Below the pieces are notes generated by a model. It saw only the letters and a list, made by a program, of their open reading frames with translations, was not told the DNA's origin and searched no databases. 64,000 bases of DNA from Burkholderiaceae bacterium (GTDB lineage: Bacteria; Pseudomonadota; Gammaproteobacteria; Burkholderiales; Burkholderiaceae_C), in contig JBGAGZ010000024.1 in assembly GCA_044226465.1 (NCBI GenBank), positions 3,052 through 67,051 of the forward strand, given 5' to 3'. Shown piece after piece: positions 44,428-56,008 of the stretch (position 1 is the stretch's first letter; every line of letters starts with the position of its first letter). The position numbers and the translations under genes are program-made.

Positions 44428-45264
44428 TCAGCGGCGTTGGCAGCCAGGGCAGAAATATGTCGCACGCTGGCCTTGAACGATGCGACGAATGGTGACACCG
44501 CAGCGCGGGCAGGCCTCGCCGGCACGGCCGTAGACCCGCGCCTGGCCCTGGTACTGGCCGACCTCGCCATGCGCGTTGCGGAAGTCGCGCAGCGTGGAGC
44601 CGCCGGCGGCGATGGCCTCGCCCAGCACGCGCTGGATGGCCGCGTGCAAACGCACGGCGCGCAGCGGCCCGATGCGGTGGCAGGGCGTGCGCGGGTCGAT
44701 GCCGGCTTCGAAGAGCGCGTCGCTGGCGTAGATGTTGCCCGCGCCCACCACCAGCTCGCCAGACAGCAGCGCCAGCTTCACCGCCGTGCGCCGGCCCTGC
44801 AGGGCCTGGTGCAGCGCGGCCGGCGTCCAAGCCGGGTCGAACGGTTCGGGCCCGAGGCGGGCCAGCAGTGTGCGGGCGGGTTCCTGGTCCAGGGCCGGCG
44901 ACCAGACCACCGCACCGAAACGGCGCGGGTCGGTCAGGCGCAGGTGGCCGCGGTCGGTGACCAGCTCGGCGTGGTCGTGCTTGCCCGTGGGCCCCAGGTG
45001 CTCGCCGAAGGCCAGCGAACCGGACATGCCCAGATGCCACAGCAGGCCGCCCGGGTCGGGCCGCGTGTCGGTGTCCTCGCGTAGAGGTAACCAAAGGTAC
45101 TTGCCGCGCCGACCGACGGCCCCGACGCGGCGGCCCACCAGCTGTTCGGGCGCGCAGCCCAGCGGCCAGCGCAGCGGCTTGCCCATGCGCAGCGCCAGCA
45201 CGCGCGCGCCCTCGATGCCGCCGACGCTGCGGCGCGTGACTTCCACCTCGGGCAACTCGGGCAT
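44428..45264 (-). CDS. mutM: formamidopyrimidine-DNA glycosylase (Fpg/MutM)
   Basis: Start MPELPEVEV (catalytic Pro2). 278 aa. C-terminal zinc finger CPRCG...CPGCQ. Confidence 0.9.
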   Translation of the reverse strand: MPELPEVEVTRRSVGGIEGARVLALRMGKPLRWPLGCAPEQLVGRRVGAVGRRGKYLWLPLREDTDTRPDPGGLLWHLGMSGSLAFGEHLGPTGKHDHAELVTDRGHLRLTDPRRFGAVVWSPALDQEPARTLLARLGPEPFDPAWTPAALHQALQGRRTAVKLALLSGELVVGAGNIYASDALFEAGIDPRTPCHRIGPLRAVRLHAAIQRVLGEAIAAGGSTLRDFRNAHGEVGQYQGQARVYGRAGEACPRCGVTIRRIVQGQRATYFCPGCQRR

Positions 45265-45321
45265 CGGGGAATTATCCGCGGCGGGCGGACTCCTAGAATC
45301 CGGTCTGCTCCCGGAGATTGC

Positions 45322-47106
45322 ATGTCCGCACTGTTCCCCCGCACGGCACTGGCGCTCACGCTGGCCGTGGCCTTTTCCTGCCCCATCCGGGCCGCCGAGC
45401 CCGAGCCGCCCGCGGCGGCGGCCAGCGCGCCAGCGGCGCGCGAGCCCAATTCGGCCATGGACGGCAACCTGTTCCTGCAATTGCTGGTGGGCGAGATCGA
45501 GGCGAACGATGGGCGCCAGGGCGGCGCCTACGAGCTGATGCTGGACGCCGCGCGGCGCTCGCGCGACGAGGGCCTGTTCCAGCGCGCGATCGACCTGGCC
45601 GTGCAGGGCCGCTCGGGCGACAAGGCACTGGCCGCGGTGAAAGCCTGGCGCAGCGCCCACCCCGATTCCACCGACGCGCTGCGCATGCAACTGCAGCTGC
45701 TGGTGGCACTGGACCGCCCCGGCGAGCTGGCCGAGCCGGTGCGCACGCTGATCGAGAAGCTGCCGCCGGGCGAACGCGGGGCCACGATCGCCTCGCTGCC
45801 CCGCTTCATGGCCTCACTGGCCGACAAGGCGCGCGCCTACAGCGTCAGCGAGCAGGCGCTGGCGCCCTTCGCGCAGGCCGAGGCCACGCGCACGGCCGTC
45901 CGCACCGCCCTGGGCCGGCTGGCGCTGGCCGCCGACCAGCCCGACGCCGCGTTCTCGCAGGCCCGCAAGGCGCTGGCGGAGGACCCATCGGCCCCCGGGC
46001 CGGTGCTGCTGGCCATGGAGCTGATGCCCAAGCAGGCGGCCGCCGAGACCCTGGTGCAGGGCTACCTGGCCCGCCCCGACGCCCTGCCCCCGGTGCGCCT
46101 GGCCTATGCCCGCACGCTGGACCAGCAGCAGCGCATCGGCGAGGCGGCCGTTCAGTTGCGGCGCCTGCTGGCCGACCAGCCCGAGCAAGGCGCCGCCTGG
46201 CTCAGCCTGGGTGCCTACCTGGTCGACCTGCACGAGCCGGACGAAGCCATCCGCGCGCTCGAGCGCTTCCTGGCGCTGCCGCCCGGTGAGGTGCGCAACG
46301 AACCCTCGACCGATGGCGATGAGCCGGACCGTGGCCGCGGCATGACCGAGCTGGCCTACCTGCTGCTGGCCCAGGCCAGCGAGCAGCGTGGCGACGACAA
46401 GGGCGCCGGCCAGTGGCTGGACCGCATCGAGCCCGCGCGGGTCGACATGGCGACCTTGTCGCGCCGCGCCAGCCTGCTGGCACGCGCCGGCAAGATCGAC
46501 CAGGCCCGCGCCCTGGTGCGCGACGGCACGGCCCGTGACCAGCCCGATGCCCGCACCCGGCTGCTCGCCGAGGCCCAGGTGCTGCGCGACCAGCACCGCT
46601 ACGCCGAGGCCTACGAGCTGCTGCTGGGCGGCATGCGCAAGGACCCGGAGGACACCACCCTGATGTACGAGCTGGCGATGGTGGCCGACCGCCTGAACCG
46701 CTACGACGACATGGAGGCACTGCTGCGCCGGGTGATCGCGCTCAAGCCCGAAGACCACCAGGCCCACAACGCCCTGGGCTACTCGCTGGCCGATCGCAAC
46801 CTGCGGCTCGGCGAGGCGCTGGGCCTGGTGCAGCGCGCCGTCAGCCTGGCCCCGCACGACCCCTTCATCATCGACAGCATGGGCTGGGTGCAATACCGCC
46901 TGGGCCACAACGACGAGGCCATCAAGCTGCTGCGGCGCTCGCTGCTGGCGCGGCCGCACGTCGAGGTGGCGGCCCATCTCGGCGAGGTCCTGTGGGCCAC
47001 CGGGCAGCGCGACGAGGCGCTGCGCGTCTGGCGCGAAGGCCGCGAGCGCGAGGCAGACAACGACGTCCTGCAGGAAACCCTGGCCCGCCTGAAGGTCAAG
47101 CTGTGA
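45322..47106 (+). CDS. tetratricopeptide repeat protein (periplasmic, signal peptide)
   Basis: 594 aa with multiple TPR-like Ala/Leu-rich repeats. It occupies the conserved position upstream of lolB-ispE. Confidence 0.75.
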   Translation: MSALFPRTALALTLAVAFSCPIRAAEPEPPAAAASAPAAREPNSAMDGNLFLQLLVGEIEANDGRQGGAYELMLDAARRSRDEGLFQRAIDLAVQGRSGDKALAAVKAWRSAHPDSTDALRMQLQLLVALDRPGELAEPVRTLIEKLPPGERGATIASLPRFMASLADKARAYSVSEQALAPFAQAEATRTAVRTALGRLALAADQPDAAFSQARKALAEDPSAPGPVLLAMELMPKQAAAETLVQGYLARPDALPPVRLAYARTLDQQQRIGEAAVQLRRLLADQPEQGAAWLSLGAYLVDLHEPDEAIRALERFLALPPGEVRNEPSTDGDEPDRGRGMTELAYLLLAQASEQRGDDKGAGQWLDRIEPARVDMATLSRRASLLARAGKIDQARALVRDGTARDQPDARTRLLAEAQVLRDQHRYAEAYELLLGGMRKDPEDTTLMYELAMVADRLNRYDDMEALLRRVIALKPEDHQAHNALGYSLADRNLRLGEALGLVQRAVSLAPHDPFIIDSMGWVQYRLGHNDEAIKLLRRSLLARPHVEVAAHLGEVLWATGQRDEALRVWREGREREADNDVLQETLARLKVKL

Positions 47107-47657
47107 GCCGCCGCGGCGTTGCCGTGGCAGCGGCGTTCGCCGCCTTGGTGTGCACGACGCTGCTGGCAGGGTGTGCCAGTGCGCCCACGCCCCCGCCCGG
47201 CGCGCCTGTGCCGCTCAGCGGCCGTCTGCTGGTCAAGGTGGCGGCCCAGGGCGAGCAGCCGGCCCAATCGCACAGTGCGGCCTTCGAGCTGAGCGGCGAC
47301 GAGCAGGCCGGCCAGATGCGGCTGATCGGCCCGCTGGGCGCCCAGGTGGCGCTGGCCAGCTGGGGCCCGACCGGCGCGACGCTGCAGGACGGCCAGGGCC
47401 GCCGCGCGTTCCCGGACCTGGCAACGCTGGCCGAAGAAGCCCTGGGCGAGCCCATTCCGCTGGGTGCGCTGGTGCATTGGCTGCAAGGCCGTCCCTGGCC
47501 CGGCGCACCGCATGTGCCGCAGGCGGACGGTCAGGGCTTCGTCCAGCTCGGCTGGGCGGTCGACCTGGGCCACTGGGCCGGCGACGCCATCGTCGACGCC
47601 CGGCGGCTGGACCCGCCCGGCGTGACGGTGCGCGCCAAGCTCGACCGCAACCCCTGA
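47103..47657 (+). CDS. lolB: outer-membrane lipoprotein LolB
   Basis: The GTG start overlaps the TPR stop (GTGA). Lipobox LLAGC. 184 aa. Position immediately before ispE. Confidence 0.7.
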   Translation: MSRRGVAVAAAFAALVCTTLLAGCASAPTPPPGAPVPLSGRLLVKVAAQGEQPAQSHSAAFELSGDEQAGQMRLIGPLGAQVALASWGPTGATLQDGQGRRAFPDLATLAEEALGEPIPLGALVHWLQGRPWPGAPHVPQADGQGFVQLGWAVDLGHWAGDAIVDARRLDPPGVTVRAKLDRNP

Positions 47658-47672
47658 CCACCGGCACACGCC

Positions 47673-48587
47673 ATGCCGCTGAACGCGCTGTACGACCTGC
47701 CGGCCCCGGCCAAGCTGAACCTGTTCCTGCATGTCATTGGCCGGCGCGCCGACGGCTACCACCTGCTGCAGTCCGTCTTCAGCTTGATCGACTGGGCCGA
47801 CACGATCCACCTTGAGCGGCGCACCGATGGCCTGCTGCGCCGGCATGACCTGCGCGCCGAGTTGCCCGCGGATGACCTGTGCATGAAGGCCGCACGGGCG
47901 TTGCAGGCCGAATCCGGCTGCGGTGCGGGGGTCGACATCTCGATCGCCAAGCAGGTGCCCTGGGGTGCCGGCCTGGGGGGCGGCAGCTCGGACGCCGCCA
48001 CCGTGCTGATCGGCCTGAACCGGCTATGGGGCCTGGGCTGGTCGCGCGAGCGGCTGCTCGTACTCGGCGCCCGCTTGGGAGCCGACGTGCCGTTCTTCCT
48101 CGGTGGCCGCACGGCCTTCGTCGAAGGCATCGGCGAGCGACTGACGCCGGTGAGTCTGGCACCGCAGCACTACGCGGTACTCAAGCCTGCCGCAGCCATC
48201 GCCACGGCGGCGATTTTTTCCAGCCCATTGCTGACACGCAACACCGATCCTGCTATAGTTGTGGGCTTTCTTGCAGACGCTGAAGCGTTGGTTCGCGGCG
48301 AAAACGACGAGGCAAAAACCTTGTCGGGCTTCGCGGGCCACAACGACTTGCAACGCGCCGCCGAGGCCTTGTGCCCGGAGGTTGCCGAAGTGGGTCGCTG
48401 GCTTTGGGCCCGTTTCGGCAACAGCCGGATGACGGGCTCAGGCAGCGCGGTGTATGCAAGAGCCGGCGCAGGCGTTCGGCCTGTGGCGACCATGCAAGAG
48501 GGCCGACTTGAGGGTTGGCCCGAAGGCTGGGTCGGGCGGATGTGCCGGGGCCTGGACGAGCACCCTCTGAACGGGTGGCTGGGCTGA
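47673..48587 (+). CDS. ispE: 4-diphosphocytidyl-2-C-methyl-D-erythritol kinase
   Basis: 304 aa with PAPAKLNLFLHVIGRRADGYH, the GHMP motif PWGAGLGGGSSDAA, and MTGSGSAV. Confidence 0.9.
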   Translation: MPLNALYDLPAPAKLNLFLHVIGRRADGYHLLQSVFSLIDWADTIHLERRTDGLLRRHDLRAELPADDLCMKAARALQAESGCGAGVDISIAKQVPWGAGLGGGSSDAATVLIGLNRLWGLGWSRERLLVLGARLGADVPFFLGGRTAFVEGIGERLTPVSLAPQHYAVLKPAAAIATAAIFSSPLLTRNTDPAIVVGFLADAEALVRGENDEAKTLSGFAGHNDLQRAAEALCPEVAEVGRWLWARFGNSRMTGSGSAVYARAGAGVRPVATMQEGRLEGWPEGWVGRMCRGLDEHPLNGWLG

Positions 48588-48626
48588 AAGGTTTTTGGGG
48601 TGCAGCCTCCTGGCTGTGTCCTGTGT

Positions 48627-48703
48627 AGGGGAGTCGCCAAGTTGGTTAAGGCATCGGATTTTGATTCCGACATGCGAGGGTTCGAGTCCTTCCTCCCCTG
48701 CCA
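48627..48703 (+). tRNA. tRNA-Gln (UUG)
   Basis: AGGGGAG-TC-GCCA-AGTTGGTTAA-GGCA-T-CGGAT-TTTTGAT... The acceptor AGGGGAG pairs with CTCCCCT, followed by G-CCA. The anticodon loop carries TTG. Closely resembles E. coli tRNA-Gln. Confidence 0.9.
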
Positions 48704-48798
48704 AATTTCATCGCTTGAAGACGGCGCGCTGATCACGCGCCGTCATCGTCTGAAGACACACCCTTCTCCCGTCCGCCGCTGACCACCGGAGCCTCCCC

Positions 48799-49761
48799 GT
48801 GCTGTTCAACACCGTGCTCTTCACCGGCAATGCCAACCCGGTGCTGGCCCAGGAAATCGCCACCCACCTGGGCACCGAGCTGGGCAAGGCCTCGGTGGGG
48901 CGCTTTTCGGACGGCGAGGTGACCGTCGAGATCCAGCAGAACGTCCGTGCCCGCGACGTGTTCGTCGTGCAGTCCACCTGCGCACCGACGAACGAAAACC
49001 TGATGGAACTGCTGATCATGGTCGATGCGTTGAAGCGCGCCAGCGCGCGCCGCATCACCGCCGTGATCCCCTACTTCGGCTACGCGCGGCAAGATCGTCG
49101 CCCGCGCTCGACCCGTGTGCCGATCTCGGCCAAGGTCGTTGCCAACCTGCTGGAAACCGTGGGCGTCGAGCGCGTGCTGACGATGGACCTGCACGCCGAC
49201 CAGATCCAGGGCTTCTTCGACATCCCGGTCGACAACATCTACGCCTCGCCGGTGCTGCTGACCGACCTGAAGGCCAAGGCTTATCGCGACCTGGTGGTCG
49301 TCAGCCCTGATGTCGGCGGCGTGGTGCGCGCCCGCGCGCTGGCCAAGCAGCTGGGCTGCGACCTGGCCATCATCGACAAGCGCCGGCCGAAGGCCAACGT
49401 GTCCGAAGTGATGCACGTGATCGGCGAGATCGACGGCCGCAACTGCGTGATCATGGACGACATGATCGACACCGCCGGCACGCTGGTCAAGGCGGCCGAG
49501 GTGCTGAAGGACCGCGGTGCCAAGAGCGTGTACGCCTATTGCACGCACGCCGTGTTCTCGGGCCCCGCGATCGAGCGCATCAAGGCGTCGCACCTGGACG
49601 AAGTCGTCATCACCAACACCATCCCGCTGTCGGACGCAGGCAAGGCCTGCGCCAAGATCCGCCAGCTGTCGGTCGCCTTCCTGTTTGCCGAGACCATCCG
49701 CCGCATTTCCGACGGTGAGTCGGTGACCTCGATGTTCGCGGAGCAGAACAACAATTTCTGA
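48799..49761 (+). CDS. prs: ribose-phosphate pyrophosphokinase
   Basis: GTG start 7 nt after GGAG. 320 aa with [34 protein letters not shown] and [10 protein letters not shown]. Confidence 0.9.
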   Translation: MLFNTVLFTGNANPVLAQEIATHLGTELGKASVGRFSDGEVTVEIQQNVRARDVFVVQSTCAPTNENLMELLIMVDALKRASARRITAVIPYFGYARQDRRPRSTRVPISAKVVANLLETVGVERVLTMDLHADQIQGFFDIPVDNIYASPVLLTDLKAKAYRDLVVVSPDVGGVVRARALAKQLGCDLAIIDKRRPKANVSEVMHVIGEIDGRNCVIMDDMIDTAGTLVKAAEVLKDRGAKSVYAYCTHAVFSGPAIERIKASHLDEVVITNTIPLSDAGKACAKIRQLSVAFLFAETIRRISDGESVTSMFAEQNNNF

Positions 49762-49796
49762 AGACCGTTGGGCCCCCGGGTTCAACGGTCTTTTTC
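49762..49796 (+). terminator. rho-independent terminator/attenuator after prs
   Basis: AGACCGTTG-(loop)-CAACGGTCT followed by TTTTT. Confidence 0.6.
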
Positions 49797-49869
49797 GTCG
49801 ACGGTGCAAGCCGTCACTTCAAATGGGGCGCTTCTGGTCGCGGACGCCCCGACTCACTGGAGAGTAACC

Positions 49870-50499
49870 ATGGAATTCGTCGCTTTCGAGCGCAGCAAGC
49901 AGGGGACCGGAGCGAGCCGCCGCCTGCGCACGTCGGGCAAGGTGCCCGGTATCGTTTTTGGTGCCGGCGAGCCCGCGATGATCGAGCTCGATCACAACGC
50001 GCTGTACTTCGCGCTGAAGAAGGAAGCCTTCCACTCGTCCATCCTCGAGATGGACCTGGCCGGCAAGAAGCAGAAGGTGCTGCTGCGTGACTTCCAGATG
50101 CACCCCTGGAAGCAGCAAGTGCTGCACGTGGACTTCCAGCGCGTGGACGAAACCACCCGCTTGCGCAAGAAGGTGCCGCTGCACTTCTCGGGCGAAGAAA
50201 ACTCGGTCGCCGTCAAGACCGACAAGTGCCTGGTCAGCCACGTGGCCACCGAGATCGAGATCGAATGTCTGGCCATGCAGTTGCCGGAATTCGTGTCGGT
50301 GGAACTGTCCGGCCTGGTCAAGGGCAAGAGCCTGCACGTGTCGGACCTGGTCCTGCCCGAAGGCATCAAGGCGGTCAAGCACGGCACCCAGAACCCGGTG
50401 GTCGTGGCCGTGACCGAGCCCAAGGTCGAGGAAGAAGTCGTGGCCGCCCCAGTTGCCCCGGCCGCCGACGACAAGAAAAAGGGCAAGGGCAAGAAGTAA
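49870..50499 (+). CDS. rplY: 50S ribosomal protein L25 / general stress protein Ctc
   Basis: Start [31 protein letters not shown]. 209 aa with a Lys-rich C-terminal tail. Confidence 0.9.
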   Translation: MEFVAFERSKQGTGASRRLRTSGKVPGIVFGAGEPAMIELDHNALYFALKKEAFHSSILEMDLAGKKQKVLLRDFQMHPWKQQVLHVDFQRVDETTRLRKKVPLHFSGEENSVAVKTDKCLVSHVATEIEIECLAMQLPEFVSVELSGLVKGKSLHVSDLVLPEGIKAVKHGTQNPVVVAVTEPKVEEEVVAAPVAPAADDKKKGKGKK

Positions 50500-50523
50500 T
50501 CTGCCCGCCCCAGCCGAGACAAG

Positions 50524-50549
50524 AAGCCCGCCACTGGCGGGCTTTTTTG
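50524..50549 (+). terminator. rho-independent terminator after rplY
   Basis: AGCCCGCC-ACTG-GCGGGCT followed by TTTTTT. Confidence 0.7.
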
Positions 50550-50738
50550 TTGGTCATTTGCATGGAAGGCATGCCAGTGTCCGCTTTCCGAGCGTGGCGC
50601 ACTTCGACCACCCATGCGGGAGACGGCGCGATGCCGGTTGCATGAACGAATGCGCAAACCAGCTTGCCACGCGTGCGGCGGCAACGGAGGCGCCTCGTAT
50701 CCTGTCGGTCCGATCAACATCATCAAAATGTGCAGCCG

Positions 50739-52160
50739 ATGCCCAGCCTCTCACGCCTGACTGGTAGCCTGCCCGCCCTGCTGCTCGCCTTCGTGGCCGG
50801 CCCTGCCGCCGCGGCTGCGATGACACCTCAAGTCCAATTGCCAGCCGAAGGCGTTGGTGGCCAGCAGGCCATCGATATGCTGGGCCCGAACATCGAAGCG
50901 GTCGCCAAGTGGCACCGCCGCAGCCCAGAGGCCTTGCGGCAGATGCTGCTGAACGACCCGCACATGCGCCTGGATGCTGCCGGCCGCCTGTATGTGGTCG
51001 ACGACCTCGCCAGCGCGCTGCCAGCACCACCGGCGATGGCGGCTGGGGCGGCGGTGCTCGCCTACGCGCCACTGGACCGTACCTTCGAGTTGCACAGCCG
51101 CCCGACCGCCAAGCGCACCATCTACCTGGACTTCACCGGAGCCACCCTCACCGATACCGCCTGGAACGGCGGCGGCGGATCGATCGCCGCGCTGCCATTC
51201 GACACCGATGGTGACACCAACACCTTCAGCGATGCCGAAAAGCAAACCATCCAGAACATCTACCAGCGGGTGGCAGAGGACTTCGCCCCGTTCGACGTCG
51301 ACGTGACGACCGAGGAGCCACCCGCCGGCCGCCTGAACCGTCGCGACGACGCCGACCTGGTCTTCGGCACCACGGTGCTGATCACCAACCACAATGGCGT
51401 CTACTCCTGCAGTTGCGGTGGCGTCGCCTACATCGGCGTCTTCGATGCAGTGGGCGACTACTACAAGCCGGCGCTGGTGTTCTGGGACATGCTGGGCAAC
51501 GGCAACGAGAAATACGTCGCCGAGGCGATTTCACATGAAGCTGGCCACAACCTGGGCCTGTCCCATGATGGCTATTCCGGTGGTGGCTACTACCCCGGGC
51601 ATTCGACCGGCGTTGCCTCTCCGAGCGGGTGGGCGCCGATCATGGGGGTCGGCTACTACCAGCAGTTGGTGCAGTGGAGCCAGGGCGAATACGCCACCGC
51701 CAACAACACCGAAGACGACTTTGCCGTCGCGGTGGCCAATGGTGCGCCGCTGCGCGCCGACGACCACGGCGACTCGCCAGCCACGGCCAGCGCTCTGAAC
51801 GTCACTACCAGCGGCGGCTTGCGCCGGCTGTCCGGTTCCGGCCTGATCGGGACGCGCACCGACGTCGACTATTTCTCATTCAGCGCGGGCGCCGGCCCGG
51901 CGACCCTCACTGTCACGGCATCTGCTTTGGACCCGAACCTCGATGTCACGTTCCGGCTGCTGCGGGCCGATGGCACCGAGCTGGCGCGGGCACTCCCGCG
52001 CGGCAGCCTCTCGGCCACCATGCGGACCACTCTGCCCGCAGCCGGGGTCTACTACCTGGCGATCGACGGCGGGGGGCTGAACAACCCGGAGACCGACGGC
52101 TACAGCGACTACGGCAGCGTCGGCCAATACAAGGTCTCGGGCGCGGTGCCTCTTCCCTGA
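50739..52160 (+). CDS. secreted zinc metalloprotease (metzincin-like HExxHxxGxxHD) with C-terminal pre-peptidase (PPC)-like domain
   Basis: Start [27 protein letters not shown] (signal peptide). Zinc motif [12 protein letters not shown]. The C-terminal [10 protein letters not shown]...DVDYFSF resembles PPC/collagenase-type domains. Confidence 0.7.
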   Translation: MPSLSRLTGSLPALLLAFVAGPAAAAAMTPQVQLPAEGVGGQQAIDMLGPNIEAVAKWHRRSPEALRQMLLNDPHMRLDAAGRLYVVDDLASALPAPPAMAAGAAVLAYAPLDRTFELHSRPTAKRTIYLDFTGATLTDTAWNGGGGSIAALPFDTDGDTNTFSDAEKQTIQNIYQRVAEDFAPFDVDVTTEEPPAGRLNRRDDADLVFGTTVLITNHNGVYSCSCGGVAYIGVFDAVGDYYKPALVFWDMLGNGNEKYVAEAISHEAGHNLGLSHDGYSGGGYYPGHSTGVASPSGWAPIMGVGYYQQLVQWSQGEYATANNTEDDFAVAVANGAPLRADDHGDSPATASALNVTTSGGLRRLSGSGLIGTRTDVDYFSFSAGAGPATLTVTASALDPNLDVTFRLLRADGTELARALPRGSLSATMRTTLPAAGVYYLAIDGGGLNNPETDGYSDYGSVGQYKVSGAVPLP

Positions 52161-52183
52161 CGCACTCGCCAAAGCCAAGCCAA

Positions 52184-52212
52184 AAGGGCGCCGTGAGGCG
52201 CCCTTGTTTCTT
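52184..52212. terminator. hairpin between convergent metalloprotease and ald genes (bidirectional terminator candidate)
   Basis: AAGGGCGCC-GTGA-GGCGCCCTT followed by GTTTCTT on the plus strand. Confidence 0.5.
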
Positions 52213-52247
52213 GCCGCGCGGATGCGAGCCGCGGGCGGCAAACTCGG

Positions 52248-53363
52248 TCAGGCGATCAACCGCTCGGCCGGCACGTACTCGTAGCCCAGGTCGCGCGCCA
52301 CGGCTTCGTAGGTGACCTTGCCGGCGGCCACGTTCAGGCCGGCCTTCAGGTGCGGGTTGTCCAGCAGCGCCTGCTTCCAGCCCTTGTCGGCCAGCGCCAG
52401 GCCATGGCCCAGCGTGGCATTGTTGAGCGCGAAGGTCGAGGTGCGGGCCACGGCGCCCGGCATGTTGGCGACGCAGTAGTGCACCACGTCGTCGATGACA
52501 TAGGTCGGCTCGGCGTGGGTGGTGGCGCGCGATGTCTCGAAGCAGCCGCCCTGGTCGATGGCCACGTCGACCAGCACGGCGCCCTTCTTCATGCAGCGCA
52601 CCATCGGGCGGGTCACCAGCTTGGGTGCCGCGGCGCCGGGCACCAGCACGCCACCGATCACCAGGTCGGACTCCAGCACCTTCTCTTCCAGCGTCTGGGC
52701 GTTGGAGAACAGCGTCTTCACGCGGTTGCCGAAGACCATGTCGATCTGGCGCAGGCGGTCGACGTTCTTGTCCAGCACGGTCACGCGGGCGCCCATGCCG
52801 ATGGCCATCTGCATCGCGTGCGTGCCGACCACGCCGGCACCCAGAACCAGCACGTGCGCCGGCTCGACACCGGGCACGCCGCCCAGCAGCACGCCCATGC
52901 CGCCCTTGCTCTTTTCCAGGTGGGCCGCGCCCGCCTGGATGCTCATGCGCCCGGCCACCTCGCTCATCGGTGCCAGCAGCGGCAGGCCGCCACCCGGGCC
53001 GGTGATGGTCTCGTAGGCCACGCAGATCGCGCCGGACTTGACCAGGGCGGCGGTCTGCTCCGGGTCCGGCGCCAGGTGCAGGTAGGTGTAGAGGATCTGG
53101 CCTTCGCGCAGCATCGCGCACTCCTGCGGCTGCGGCTCTTTCACCTTCACGATCATCTCGGCCTTGGCGAAGACCTCGGCTGCGTCCTTCACCAGCACCG
53201 CGCCCGCCGCAGCGTAATGCTCGTCGGCCAGGCCTATGGCGGCGCCGGCACCGGCCTGCACATAGACCTGGTGGCCATGGTTGGTGAACTCGCGCACGCT
53301 GGCCGGCGTCAGGCCGACGCGGTACTCGTGGTTCTTGATTTCCTTGGGCAGGCCGATGCGCAT
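52248..53363 (-). CDS. ald: alanine dehydrogenase
   Basis: 371 aa starting [23 protein letters not shown], with [11 protein letters not shown] and CVANMPGAV. Confidence 0.9.
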   Translation of the reverse strand: MRIGLPKEIKNHEYRVGLTPASVREFTNHGHQVYVQAGAGAAIGLADEHYAAAGAVLVKDAAEVFAKAEMIVKVKEPQPQECAMLREGQILYTYLHLAPDPEQTAALVKSGAICVAYETITGPGGGLPLLAPMSEVAGRMSIQAGAAHLEKSKGGMGVLLGGVPGVEPAHVLVLGAGVVGTHAMQMAIGMGARVTVLDKNVDRLRQIDMVFGNRVKTLFSNAQTLEEKVLESDLVIGGVLVPGAAAPKLVTRPMVRCMKKGAVLVDVAIDQGGCFETSRATTHAEPTYVIDDVVHYCVANMPGAVARTSTFALNNATLGHGLALADKGWKQALLDNPHLKAGLNVAAGKVTYEAVARDLGYEYVPAERLIA

Positions 53364-53482
53364 GGTTGTCTCCGTGGGTTTCTGATGGAGCGGCGATGTT
53401 CGGCTGGCCGATCGGCGCCACCAAGCTGCATCGGAATCTCAGCGGTTACATTAGCCGACCTGATGGTTTTCATTAGCCACCC

Positions 53483-54460
53483 ATGAATGCCCTGGACCCT
53501 GCCGGCCTGGACTGCCTGGCGGCGCTGGCCGAAGCCGGCAGCTTCGAGCGCGCCGCCCAGTTGCTGTCCATCACCCAGTCGGCCGTGTCGCAACGCCTGC
53601 GCTCGCTCGAGGCCAGTGCCGGCCACCTGCTGGTGGTGCGGGCCCGGCCACTGCGGTTGACCGAACCCGGTAAGGTGCTGCTGCGCTATGCGCGCCAGAT
53701 GCAAGCGCTGCGCGCCGACGCTGCGCGGGAGCTTGGCACCACGCTGGCCCGCGACGAGCGCCTACCGATCGCCGTGAACGCCGACAGTCTGGCAACCTGG
53801 GTGCTGCCCGCACTGGACGCGCTGGTGCGCACCGGCCAGCGCGAGGGCTACGGCCTGGAGCTGATCGTCGACGACCAGGACTTCACCCACGACTGGCTGC
53901 GCCAGGGCGAAGTGCTGGGTTGCGTGTCCACCGTGTCGCAAGCGCTGCGAGGCTGTTCCTGCCAAGCCCTGGGCCACATGCGCTACGTGGCCGTGGCCAG
54001 CCCGGGCTTCATAGGCCGCGCCATGCCCGACGGCCTGACACCGATGAATTTCCCGCAATTGCCCTTCATCGTCTTCAACCGCAAGGATGACATGCAGGCC
54101 CAGTGGGTGGCCAAGGCCTTCGGCGTGCGCTCACCGCGCCTGAAGGAGCGCTTCGTGCCCAGCAGCGAAGCGGGCCTGCGCGCCGCGGCCATGGGCTGGG
54201 GCGTGGCCGTGCTGCCCGAGCTGCTGGCGCGTGCCGACATCGCCAGCGGTGCCCTGGTGCCGCTGCGGCCCGAGGTGACCATCGACGTGGCCTTGTTCTG
54301 GCACCAATGGAAGCTGAGCATGGACGAGCCGCGCCCCGCGCCGCCGGCAGCCGGCGGGCGCGCCGTGACCCCGGCCCACACCGGCCTGATGGAGCAGATC
54401 GGCCAGGCCGTGATCGCCGGCGCCCGGGCGGCCCTGGGCACGCCGGCGCCGGCTCGATAA
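53483..54460 (+). CDS. LysR-family regulator, ArgP/LysG subfamily-like
   Basis: 325 aa with FERAAQLLSITQSAVSQRLRSLE, AVNADSLATWVLPAL and GEVLGCVS. It closely parallels E. coli ArgP (IciA) as I recall it. Confidence 0.8.
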   Translation: MNALDPAGLDCLAALAEAGSFERAAQLLSITQSAVSQRLRSLEASAGHLLVVRARPLRLTEPGKVLLRYARQMQALRADAARELGTTLARDERLPIAVNADSLATWVLPALDALVRTGQREGYGLELIVDDQDFTHDWLRQGEVLGCVSTVSQALRGCSCQALGHMRYVAVASPGFIGRAMPDGLTPMNFPQLPFIVFNRKDDMQAQWVAKAFGVRSPRLKERFVPSSEAGLRAAAMGWGVAVLPELLARADIASGALVPLRPEVTIDVALFWHQWKLSMDEPRPAPPAAGGRAVTPAHTGLMEQIGQAVIAGARAALGTPAPAR

Positions 54461-54469
54461 TCGCGCCCC

Positions 54470-55129
54470 ATGATTCGCTTGATCGTCGGCCTGGGCAACC
54501 CGGGCGCCGAGTACGAGGCCACACGCCACAACGCCGGCTTCTGGTGGGTGGACGAGGTCGCCCGCCTGCTGCGCGTGAGCCTGCAACCAGACCGCGCCTA
54601 CCACGGCCTGGTCGCGCGGCTGAACCGGCCCACCGAGCAGGGTGGCCCGCTGTGGCTGCTGCAGCCCATGACCTACATGAACCTGTCGGGCAAGTCGGTG
54701 GCACCGCTGGCGCGCTTCTTCAAGATCTTGCCCAACGAGATCCTGGTCGTGCACGACGAGCTGGATCTGCCGCCCGGGCAGATGAAGCTCAAGCAAGGTG
54801 GCGGCAACGGTGGCCACAACGGGCTGAAGGACATCCAGGCCCAACTGGGCACGGGCGACTTCTGGCGGCTGCGCTTGGGGATAGGCCACCCGGGCGTCAA
54901 GGCCGAGGTCGCCAACTACGTGCTGCGCAAGCCGCCGGCCGATGAGCGCGACGCGATCGAGCGCACCATTGACGAATCGCTGAAGCACCTGGAGCTGCTG
55001 CTGGCTGGCGAGATGGGCCGCGCCGTGATGAAACTGCACGCCAAGCCCGAGCGGCCCAAGCCGCCGAAGCCGGCACCGCCGGCAGATGGGCTTGCAGCGC
55101 CCACCGCGGACGACAAGCCCGCCAGCTGA
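54470..55129 (+). CDS. pth: peptidyl-tRNA hydrolase
   Basis: [30 protein letters not shown], and GGHNGLKD. A Pro/Lys-rich C-terminal extension is present. Confidence 0.9.
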   Translation: MIRLIVGLGNPGAEYEATRHNAGFWWVDEVARLLRVSLQPDRAYHGLVARLNRPTEQGGPLWLLQPMTYMNLSGKSVAPLARFFKILPNEILVVHDELDLPPGQMKLKQGGGNGGHNGLKDIQAQLGTGDFWRLRLGIGHPGVKAEVANYVLRKPPADERDAIERTIDESLKHLELLLAGEMGRAVMKLHAKPERPKPPKPAPPADGLAAPTADDKPAS

Positions 55130-55150
55130 CCGAGCGGCCGGCTCGGCGGT

Positions 55151-55958
<808 letters not shown>

Positions 55959-56008
55959 CGGCGGGCCTCTTCTTGGCGGCGAGGGGGCGTGCGGCGCAGT
56001 GTAGGCGC

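Noticed and set aside
42302-45690. Very long minus-strand ORFs 42302..45094 (930 aa) and 44428..45690 (420 aa)
   Set aside because: Their N-terminal parts are low-complexity extensions. The first runs out of frame through mutM, and the second runs upstream of mutM, antisense to the TPR gene. Starts were trimmed to MLFHPE (dynamin) and MPELPEVE (Fpg).
48241-48330. Lower-GC, rare-codon patch inside ispE (34/60 G+C at 48241-48300; codons ATA, GTT, TTT, CTT, GCA, GAA, TTG, AAA)
   Set aside because: It stays in frame. It corresponds to a segment (…VGFLADAEALVRGENDEAKTLSG…) that looks like a variable surface loop between conserved motifs. I found no repeat, hairpin or promoter-like structure. It is probably a lineage-specific loop insertion.
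53449-53478. Direct repeat CATTAGCC (53449-53456 and 53471-53478) and an AT-N11-AT motif just upstream of the ArgP-like gene
   Set aside because: The repeat is only 8 bp and sits over the likely RBS region. It is too weak to call a LysR site without experimental or comparative support.
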